IMG/VR virus record: IMGVR_UViG_3300027631_002940
Length of the DNA stretch: 64,000 nt
Direction: 5' to 3' (one strand)
Source of the DNA: an uncultured virus (IMG/VR IMGVR_UViG_3300027631_002940)
Taxonomy: Duplodnaviria; Heunggongvirae; Uroviricota; Caudoviricetes
Part shown: positions 57,601-64,000 of the stretch, piece after piece
Layout: every line of letters begins with the position of its first letter
Position numbering within the stretch: position 1 is the stretch's first letter
The notes under the pieces: model-generated
The model's input: only the letters and a program-made list of their open reading frames with translations
Told to the model about the DNA's origin: nothing
Database searches by the model: none
Program-made: the position numbers and the translations under genes

Positions 57601-60498
57601 ATTTAAACTTCCAAAATCTTGATCTAATAAATAATAAGATACAGTTGGAGTAAGAGTTAAAACAGTATTACTTGGAGTGTATTTAGGTCCAACATATGGT
57701 GCTCTTACTCTACATCCAAATCTAGTATAGTTTTCTGCACCTACTCTTTGTAATGTAATAATTCCAGAACCTACAGAAGCTATACTCCAAATACCTGTTT
57801 CAGGGCTACCATCTGTGTTTGGATAATCATAATATGGCTGAGGATAACCATAATTTACTAATACTCTTTGACCAACTGTAGGAGTGCCATTACCAATTAG
57901 CTTACTCGTTAGAACATTAGAAGTTCCAGTTTCATATAAACTTTCTTGATATCCTAAAGTAACAACCCATTGGCATGTTTGTAATGTATCAATTCCGTTT
58001 ATTGTACTAGAGGTTCCGCCAGCATCAGATAAACTGCTATAAACATGAATATTATGTGTGCCTAGAACAAATGTGTTAGCAGTTGTATATCCAGAAGGAG
58101 TGGTTTCTGCTTGCATATAAAAATGAGCATATCCTGAAGGTAATACTTGGATTCTTACTAATGTAGGCTTAATTAATTCAGAAGTAGTATCAAAGCTTGA
58201 ATGTCTACTCCATGAATTAGCAGATCCAATTTGATAGATACCATTTTTTGTTTTATCAGTATCATAATCTACAAGAATAGTATCTCCTGAGACTAATGCT
58301 CTTGAGATACCAAAACCGTCAGTGATGATAGCTGTACCACTTACTGGATTACCTGTGAAATAATATGTACTGGTAAATTTAGTCCAGGTTGCTGTTTGTT
58401 CTTTCCATGTTTGAGTAAAATCGTATGACAGATAATTTGATTGGAACTTATAGGATGGAATATAAATTTCTCCATGATTTGTTCCTTTCATTGTTTCTAC
58501 AGATATATGAGAATATCTAGCATCTAAATTTACTGTGTTAATATTTGAAGTGTAAGTGATATTATTGGAAATTGTAGATTCATAAGGTGCAGGGGATCCA
58601 TTAACATAATAGATACCATTTTCATTTTTATTCGTTTGTGTTCTTACTACAATCTTATCATTATTCAGCAATTCCGAAGCTATAACCCCATTAATTGATG
58701 CTGTGATTGTTGGAAATGAATTAACAGAATATCCAGATAAATTTTCTGTTGTGTAATATTTAGCAGAAATATTTGTAAATGAAGAATAATTAAAGAAAGT
58801 GACGTTAGCCGAACCCAAAGCAACACTAGTACCAGGAGCATATAACATCCAAGGAGTAGGTTGTGTGCCAGCGGTTAATGTAACTTTTGCTCCTCTAATA
58901 ATCTGGTTATATCCAGAAACAGGATTGAATTGATATGTAAAACTACTAAGAGTAGAAAGATAAATTCCATTTTCTATTGGATTTGTTTGTCCTGTTACTA
59001 AAATAGCCTCACTATCAATAGGTGCTTTACTAAATTGTGTTTCAGGAATTTCGCCAGCCAGATTGACATTAATTATAGTAAGATTAGTACATGGTCTATA
59101 AATATATGGAGTATTTAATCTATCTTCTACTACAATTGCTCCATTTGTTACTGAATTAATTGAGAAAAGATTATTTTGTATACCTCTTGTCATATAGTAG
59201 AAATTTCCACCATATGAGTTGGTACCATTTTGCAAGAAGACTATTGTACTTACTAGTTCATTTGTTGTATCAAAACTTGTTGATCTAGCCCATACACCAT
59301 TGCTTCCTGTACCAGCGCTTGTAACAGAATATATACCATTTTGATATGTTGCTGTCTGATTTTTGACTAGTACTAAATCCCCATTAATAAGGGTGATTCC
59401 ATTAACAACATTCGGAGCTGCTGAAAGATTGATATTAGAAGATGTGGCAACTTTAACTGTTGTAGTTCCAAAATAATGTGTAGCATCAGTCCATTGTAGA
59501 TTCGTATTTGATAAAGTAGCTCCATGATAATATCGGAATACTTTACCCTTGTTTATTGTTCCACTTAAAGAGTAGATGCCAATTTGTCTATTATTTGTGC
59601 TATTACGTAATAAGAAATCAATATTATTCCATTGAGAATCTTTATTTACAGCATTTTGATTTACAGGATATAAACTACTGACATTATAAACACCATTTTG
59701 TGATGCGGTAGTTTGTTTTCTTACTAAAATCCTGTCATTTAAGTTTAATGTATATCCATCTAAAATATCAGGAGCATTAGTGAAATCTGATATATTATTA
59801 GTAGAAGCAACTGCACAAGATGAAAGAGCTCTTCTTGTCGTTCTTTCTACCCATTTAATTGATAATCCAGCATCATAAGTAGCTGTAGTACCAGGCTCTC
59901 CTCCTGATGCATACATAAAATATGACTTTCCTACATCAGGACATGAAGCGTTATCAATAGTGGTAATTCTTCCTCTAAATATAACATTAGCTTGTGTATC
60001 TAATTTATAGTATAGGGAAGATGTGGAGCTAACAGAATCTACAAAATATAATCCATTTTGAGTTTTTGTAGTCTGTGATTTTACTAGTAAATTATCTCCA
60101 GAGTTAAGAACAATACCATCATGTGTATCTGGAGCATTATCTAATATATCACTAGCAAAACCTGATATATTAGTAGTTGTTGATGTAACAGCATTGGGCA
60201 GCACTATTGGATCAACAGTATCTAATAAACAATATTTAAATCTATATCCTAATTGATATAAATCTGATCTTAATGTTGGATTAGTAGGACTTGCTGCTCC
60301 ATAAATATCACCTATAGTTGTGTCAAGCCATAGTTTGACACATTCAACAGAAGAATTTAGCCATTGTAATTGAATAATTTTTTTAGAAGAATATATACCA
60401 TCTTCAATTAAACCAAAATCAAGGCCAGGGAGCTGCGGAGTTGTTATTGTTGATCCGTTAGTGTTGTCTAGTTCTACCCAAATTAAAGCTTGTGACAT
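54691..60498 (-). CDS. Large virion/fibre-like repeat protein (1935 aa) with a C-terminal NHL-like beta-propeller
   Basis: About 12 copies of ATT.NI....P..IDG..L..GD.VLVK.QT...QNG.Y; C-terminal IALDSSNN.Y / ICLDINNNIYIA / VSVDISGNIYVT blades. Confidence 0.75.
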   Translation of the reverse strand: MSQALIWVELDNTNGSTITTPQLPGLDFGLIEDGIYSSKKIIQLQWLNSSVECVKLWLDTTIGDIYGAASPTNPTLRSDLYQLGYRFKYCLLDTVDPIVLPNAVTSTTTNISGFASDILDNAPDTHDGIVLNSGDNLLVKSQTTKTQNGLYFVDSVSSTSSLYYKLDTQANVIFRGRITTIDNASCPDVGKSYFMYASGGEPGTTATYDAGLSIKWVERTTRRALSSCAVASTNNISDFTNAPDILDGYTLNLNDRILVRKQTTASQNGVYNVSSLYPVNQNAVNKDSQWNNIDFLLRNSTNNRQIGIYSLSGTINKGKVFRYYHGATLSNTNLQWTDATHYFGTTTVKVATSSNINLSAAPNVVNGITLINGDLVLVKNQTATYQNGIYSVTSAGTGSNGVWARSTSFDTTNELVSTIVFLQNGTNSYGGNFYYMTRGIQNNLFSINSVTNGAIVVEDRLNTPYIYRPCTNLTIINVNLAGEIPETQFSKAPIDSEAILVTGQTNPIENGIYLSTLSSFTYQFNPVSGYNQIIRGAKVTLTAGTQPTPWMLYAPGTSVALGSANVTFFNYSSFTNISAKYYTTENLSGYSVNSFPTITASINGVIASELLNNDKIVVRTQTNKNENGIYYVNGSPAPYESTISNNITYTSNINTVNLDARYSHISVETMKGTNHGEIYIPSYKFQSNYLSYDFTQTWKEQTATWTKFTSTYYFTGNPVSGTAIITDGFGISRALVSGDTILVDYDTDKTKNGIYQIGSANSWSRHSSFDTTSELIKPTLVRIQVLPSGYAHFYMQAETTPSGYTTANTFVLGTHNIHVYSSLSDAGGTSSTINGIDTLQTCQWVVTLGYQESLYETGTSNVLTSKLIGNGTPTVGQRVLVNYGYPQPYYDYPNTDGSPETGIWSIASVGSGIITLQRVGAENYTRFGCRVRAPYVGPKYTPSNTVLTLTPTVSYYLLDQDFGSLNFIPESYHVAQTVTVRYNTSVASLTSMPMIVDSYNLANFDTVLLTANLASNVPGNGIYDFAISKYSYTLTRDTTYQSVGISPIYVSTTLPSAKTFRSYYDPASTTLGTSGIDFLDESLLTDFTARLATNGSAQNINLASPPNFIDGTFLAANDVILVKNQITNPSQNGIYLYKATNNFTLARAPYFDADNELFAYGKVLVNDGSTLNQEYELHLPPATSYTFNTVDKYFRIVSSLKYYYQANAVTATNISNLTNAVPDTIDGVDLTSSTSNRVLLRGQTTAADRYLGTFVRAAKKPIYSRVTSGNATADQFSIEPLTVSVLNSATGLDTVWESYFDSASTTVGSSDVYFMNSNTWSSNFPNADTISVGSNIDLSALASGTLNGVALADGITVIVKDQTSATQNGLYTLGYSRSVKLVRHSKMNSTSELNPYLRVSVTGGIVDGNSWYGIWLSSSSPVLNSTNIYWAKQPNTVRFNDCRLATTTNIATLYGGAPITVDGLEVLAGDRILVKNQSTSSANGIYSVEFAGTGSDGRWVRATDFNENTEIFPGAVTKVIAGIASENKDYLISLPQPASTVPYYTIGSSNITWNLADGLAVYNSDPSAWNDLPTLSTNAISLGRSNLSKNNIAKSTKIGLAVYVPSGQNPSLIRNMRFVTQFKPYDGKNPSANCESTVVETPQDTTIVSNEQLMYLNFVSGPTNMIQPTGIVLKNSIGDTISNLSVNNINTYDAFDVDSNGKIWEVSSNRNLRQRSYDKANNAWILETNITITNEINISSLNTNSIPTSIALDSSNNKYVVYKTFVSSVFVYNINKLNSTNTVTTWINEYNTNVLMYNVTSICLDINNNIYIAENNNKIIKFNSSGVYVTHFTCTNAQSVSVDISGNIYVTTSNGLLRKYNTSGLLQSEVIIMSSPNAICINKAGEIFVAGKDATLLSQIEVYNASLTKLRTFSYPVKETGADTLAVAVYPSVLH

Positions 60499-60520
60499 AT
60501 TATAATCCGAAAAGATTTGT

Positions 60521-60552
60521 ACAGGAGGTTATTTTATTTTTCTACCTCCTGT
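60521..60552. other. Strong intergenic stem-loop (terminator or mRNA-stabilising/processing element)
   Basis: ACAGGAGGT-N14-ACCTCCTGT perfect 9-bp stem; no immediate U-tract on the - strand. Confidence 0.5.
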
Positions 60553-60557
60553 GTTAA

Positions 60558-61922
60558 TTATCTTCTTTGTGCTTCTGGTTTATTGAAGATTTCACTAGCA
60601 ACAGCTGCTAATTCAGATCTTTCTACCTTAGACAGAGTAATAGAAGCAACTAAATGACTATGTCTACCACCAGAGATAGCATGAGCAAGTCCGTTTGATT
60701 TAGAATCCAAATATGGGTTTTCTACCTGTGATAAATCGCCTAAAAGAATAACTTTAGAGTCTTTACCGCATCTTTCGACAACCATTCTAGCTTCTTTTGG
60801 AGATAAGTTTTCAGCTTCATCTAATAGAATAATGCTTCTTGGTATACTTCTACCTTGAATAAATGCCATTGCTTCTACTTCGATGATTCCTTCTCTAACC
60901 ATCTCTTCAAACATATTATTTGCTGATAATGATTTTGATCCTAAGATCTGATCAATATTATCTCTAATTGGTCCTAACCATGCAGATACTTTTTCAAACT
61001 TATCTCCAGGAAGAGCACCAATATCTTTACCACCTACTGGGATTAAAGGCTTCATAACAACAATCTTGTCATATGTGCCTTCGTTGATTTGCTGTAATGA
61101 TGAAGCTACGGCTAAAAAGCTTTTACCAGTACCAGCTTTACCAGAAATAGTTACTAGAGGTACAGTTTTGTCATAAAGTGCTTCTAATGCACATTTTTGT
61201 TCAAGATTCTTACCCTGAACATTTTGATATGCTTTAACTGTGGAATTTGATTTATCTTTTAATGTTCGTAATAAACCATTTTTATTATATGTTGGGCATT
61301 TAGCTTCTCCATATTCAAAAATGAGAAATTCATTAGGATAATATGTTCCAATGTTATTTCTTAATTCTTCTGATAGATTAGTGATAGGTGTGTCGTCATC
61401 ACTCCATAACATTTTCCAATCAGTTTCAGAAGTACAAGAAATATATTTTAACCCATTATAATCTTTTTCATCTAATTGATCTGATTTATAATTTTCAGAA
61501 AAACAGTTCCAAGAAATAGCACGTATTCTTAAACCTGTATCTTTAGTTACAACACATACTTTTTTTCTAGGATTAGCTGCTTTCAGAGCCAAGCAGCATT
61601 CAATTATAGCGTTATCCGAATGAACTTTTACAATGTTAGGTCTTTCGTTTTTTTGTAAAGGAGACTCTGTATTGTAAACAAACAATCTACCATTTTGTTC
61701 ATTGATTTTGACACCCTTCATTAAGTCTTGGAGGGTGAAAGCTTCCAAATGTCTGAAAACTTCTCTTGCACTCCAACCAATGATGTCACGCTTGGTTTTC
61801 ATGTCATCTAAATCATCAATAACAGCAAGAGGTAAATAGATATCATTATCTGCGAATTTATACAATGAATAAGGATCATGTAAAAGAACACAGGTATCGA
61901 TTATATATATGTGTTTTGCCAA
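60558..61922 (-). CDS. phoH: PIN-PhoH (PhoH2/YlaK-type) ATPase
   Basis: PIN motifs YIIDTCVLLHDP and VTKDTGLRIRA; P-loop GKAGTGKS, FIQGRSI, LDEAENL, GDLSQ. TTG start at 61922 after SD GGAGG. Confidence 0.9.
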   Translation of the reverse strand: MAKHIYIIDTCVLLHDPYSLYKFADNDIYLPLAVIDDLDDMKTKRDIIGWSAREVFRHLEAFTLQDLMKGVKINEQNGRLFVYNTESPLQKNERPNIVKVHSDNAIIECCLALKAANPRKKVCVVTKDTGLRIRAISWNCFSENYKSDQLDEKDYNGLKYISCTSETDWKMLWSDDDTPITNLSEELRNNIGTYYPNEFLIFEYGEAKCPTYNKNGLLRTLKDKSNSTVKAYQNVQGKNLEQKCALEALYDKTVPLVTISGKAGTGKSFLAVASSLQQINEGTYDKIVVMKPLIPVGGKDIGALPGDKFEKVSAWLGPIRDNIDQILGSKSLSANNMFEEMVREGIIEVEAMAFIQGRSIPRSIILLDEAENLSPKEARMVVERCGKDSKVILLGDLSQVENPYLDSKSNGLAHAISGGRHSHLVASITLSKVERSELAAVASEIFNKPEAQRR

Positions 61923-62036
61923 TTTGTTTCCTCCTGGCAATCTAAAAAATGGGGATTAATTTCCCTCACTGCAATATTCCCTATGTAGCATGTTATGTCC
62001 TATATTGGTTTAAGCAGATCAAGGTTTTGCAATTAT

Positions 62037-63002
62037 TTAATTTTCAGGCAATTTATCAATAAAATCAGCAGCTTTTTCATCAAATTTGGTATTGTGAGAC
62101 CTTAAATTCAAGATCATTTGTAGCTTTTCTTTATCAAATTGCTTCATTTCATCACCTGACATCCATTTGCTTTGTTTATTATCATTCTCAATTTTTGATA
62201 GATTTTTAGTCAATTTGCCATTATGAAGGTCTTGTAGATCATTTTCCAAATTTGTTTTTAAATAATTTTTAGCTGTTTCAAGAGAAGTGGTTTCTAATAA
62301 ATTATAATCGCTATATGAGACTGATGTTAATTCCCCATTAATCATCACTTTATTACCGTCAGGGCTTACTACTTGATTAGATGTATTCCTTCTTAAAAAT
62401 AAATTTGTTCTTGGAATACATATATAAATCTTGAAAGGTAATGACTCTTCAATCTGTTTAGAGTCTGTCAATCTTAGCACTTCGTTTTCATCATTAACGA
62501 TTGACAGAACTAATTTAGATTTTGTGTCTTTGATAAGAAAATCCCATTCATAGTTATGCTCTGATGTTTGTGGGTAAAAAGCAGGAGCTAGATTAAGTTT
62601 ATCTTTCATCTCAGCAACAGTGAAAAATAAAGAAAATCCAATAGAATCTTCTGGTGTTCCTTTGCGATATGTTCCAACTTTATTCCAATCTACAATGAAT
62701 GGATTTTCTGCATCTAAATTGGAATCTTCTGTAAATTCACCTTTATCGTAAATATTTCTCAACAAAGAATCTTCTAGAATTCTTCTTGCTCTAACTAGAT
62801 TTAAGAATTCTTCATTAGTACCACCAAAATCAGGGTGTTTCTTTCTAGCTTGTTTTCTGAATGCTTTATCAATTAAATCAGAAATGAAAATTTTATCATT
62901 TCTAGTATTACCTTTAGGGAAAGCTTCTCTCGCAATATCTAATATCTCATAGTAATCTTGACTAAAATCAATAATCTTTTTTGGATCAAATTCATTGGAC
63001 AT
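62037..63002 (-). CDS. J-domain protein with an unknown C-terminal domain
   Basis: DYYEILDI...AFRKQARKKHPDFGG..EEF..L..A..IL.D...R..YD. Confidence 0.85.
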   Translation of the reverse strand: MSNEFDPKKIIDFSQDYYEILDIAREAFPKGNTRNDKIFISDLIDKAFRKQARKKHPDFGGTNEEFLNLVRARRILEDSLLRNIYDKGEFTEDSNLDAENPFIVDWNKVGTYRKGTPEDSIGFSLFFTVAEMKDKLNLAPAFYPQTSEHNYEWDFLIKDTKSKLVLSIVNDENEVLRLTDSKQIEESLPFKIYICIPRTNLFLRRNTSNQVVSPDGNKVMINGELTSVSYSDYNLLETTSLETAKNYLKTNLENDLQDLHNGKLTKNLSKIENDNKQSKWMSGDEMKQFDKEKLQMILNLRSHNTKFDEKAADFIDKLPEN

Positions 63003-63040
63003 ACAGGAATTATAAAAGATAAAGCATTATAATTGTAATT

Positions 63041-63367
63041 ATGTGGTACAGACTCGCTCAAAATTATGATATTGACGGTAATCTTGTAGAGGATCAGATA
63101 TTAGCAGATCCTCCGAAAAATCCCGCCCCACAAAATTTAGAAGAAACAGAACAAGATATACCAGCAGGGACAGATATACCTAAACCTGTCCAAGATCTTA
63201 CAGCTGGAATGAGACTACCACCTATCCATCAGTTTTGTCATTGTTATATTCAAAATCATCCTGGTGGTAAAAAAGTATGGCAATTTAGTGAAAATTGCTG
63301 TGAAGAATGTAAAAGTTTAGCTTTAGATTTTAATTCTAAACAAGATCAGATGTATTCACAGTCCTGA
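63041..63367 (+). CDS. Small Cys/His (zinc-binding) protein with MuF-like motifs
   Basis: MWYRLAQ start, LPPIHQFCHC, W....CCEEC; TATAAT 7 nt upstream. Confidence 0.65.
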   Translation: MWYRLAQNYDIDGNLVEDQILADPPKNPAPQNLEETEQDIPAGTDIPKPVQDLTAGMRLPPIHQFCHCYIQNHPGGKKVWQFSENCCEECKSLALDFNSKQDQMYSQS

Positions 63368-63920
63368 TTTTAATATTATATCCCAGTAAATTAACATCAA
63401 TCTTTTTATTTAGATATGTTTTGTTTGGACATTTTGCTTTGGATATATAATAATTTATTTTTCTTTTAGATTCAGGTTGGAAAATAGAATTTTTAATTAT
63501 TTTATTAGTATGTTTTTTGATTAAATCCCAAGACATATTAGTATTGAAACATTTGTCAAAGATTTCATTTTCCAGTGATTGCAATTCTTTTTTATATAGA
63601 ATTATTTCATCTACTGATAAACATTTAAATGCATTTGTAAGTAAATATCTAAGCATGCGGAAATTAGGGAGATATTTTATTGTTATATCATTAAGTATAT
63701 GAATATCTAATAATATATCAATATCTCCATAAATTTGATTTACATTACCATTTGAAGCAATCCTGTAAATAGATTTAGCTTCATTGCCTTTTCTAATAAC
63801 GATGACAGGTGCGATGGAATGTATATCTATATTAATATTAATGCCAATACCTATAAGATTTACAACATCTTCGTTATGTAATCTTAAAGCAAAGCATATT
63901 TCTGCATTTAGGTTATCCAC
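63336..63920 (-). CDS. Hypothetical protein (start uncertain)
   Basis: 194-codon ORF filling the space, convergent 32-nt overlap with 63041-63367; no recognised motif. Confidence 0.5.
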   Translation of the reverse strand: MDNLNAEICFALRLHNEDVVNLIGIGININIDIHSIAPVIVIRKGNEAKSIYRIASNGNVNQIYGDIDILLDIHILNDITIKYLPNFRMLRYLLTNAFKCLSVDEIILYKKELQSLENEIFDKCFNTNMSWDLIKKHTNKIIKNSIFQPESKRKINYYISKAKCPNKTYLNKKIDVNLLGYNIKIRTVNTSDLV

Positions 63921-64000
63921 GATTCTACAACTTTTAAATTCCTGTCTAAATAATAATTTTCTTTATTGCCATAAATTCCTGACCAAAGTAAATATATTTT

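Noticed and set aside
61944..61968. Attenuator hairpin in the phoH leader (GGGA-AATTAA-TCCC plus T-run on the - strand)
   Set aside because: The stem is only 4-6 bp, too weak to call without folding or expression data.
476..63702. Numerous 60-110-aa antisense or alternate-frame ORFs in the track (e.g. 476-676, 3387-3662, 33123-33461, 51875-52198)
   Set aside because: They are nested in or opposite well-supported genes and show no recognisable motifs; treated as shadow ORFs.
1..64000. Stop-codon reassignment (TAG or TGA), as in some large phages
   Set aside because: Very long ORFs are intact in code 11, and TAG (e.g. 7161-7163, 10992-10994) and TGA both end genes at sensible positions.
1..64000. 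tRNA, rRNA or CRISPR arrays
   Set aside because: Intergenic spaces are short, and no cloverleaf/T-loop signature or repeat-spacer pattern was seen by eye; tRNAscan-SE and a CRISPR finder would confirm.

Overview
AT-rich, gene-dense segment that reads as part of a very large (jumbo/huge) tailed dsDNA bacteriophage genome in the standard genetic code. This assignment is inferred from gene content, Shine-Dalgarno sites and tight operon packing. The + strand block (1-11 kb) holds the end of a virion-type protein, a protease/chaperone cluster (S8 subtilase, signal peptidase I, trypsin-like protease, DnaJ, DnaK), an SF2 helicase, RNase HII, a MerC-family membrane protein and a DUF151/BFN-like protein. 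The - strand block (11-63 kb) holds two paralogous tail-tube-like genes, a free-standing HNH endonuclease, a ~2,600-aa multi-LamG adhesin that appears to start at an ATA codon, and a tandem array of six paralogous 800-1,800-aa fibre/receptor-binding-like proteins with shuffled LamG and PA14 modules. It continues with gyrA and gyrB (each with an intein), a 1,935-aa repeat protein, a PIN-PhoH protein and a second J-domain protein. No tRNA, rRNA, CRISPR array or reverse transcriptase was seen. All calls are by motif recognition only; no searches were run.
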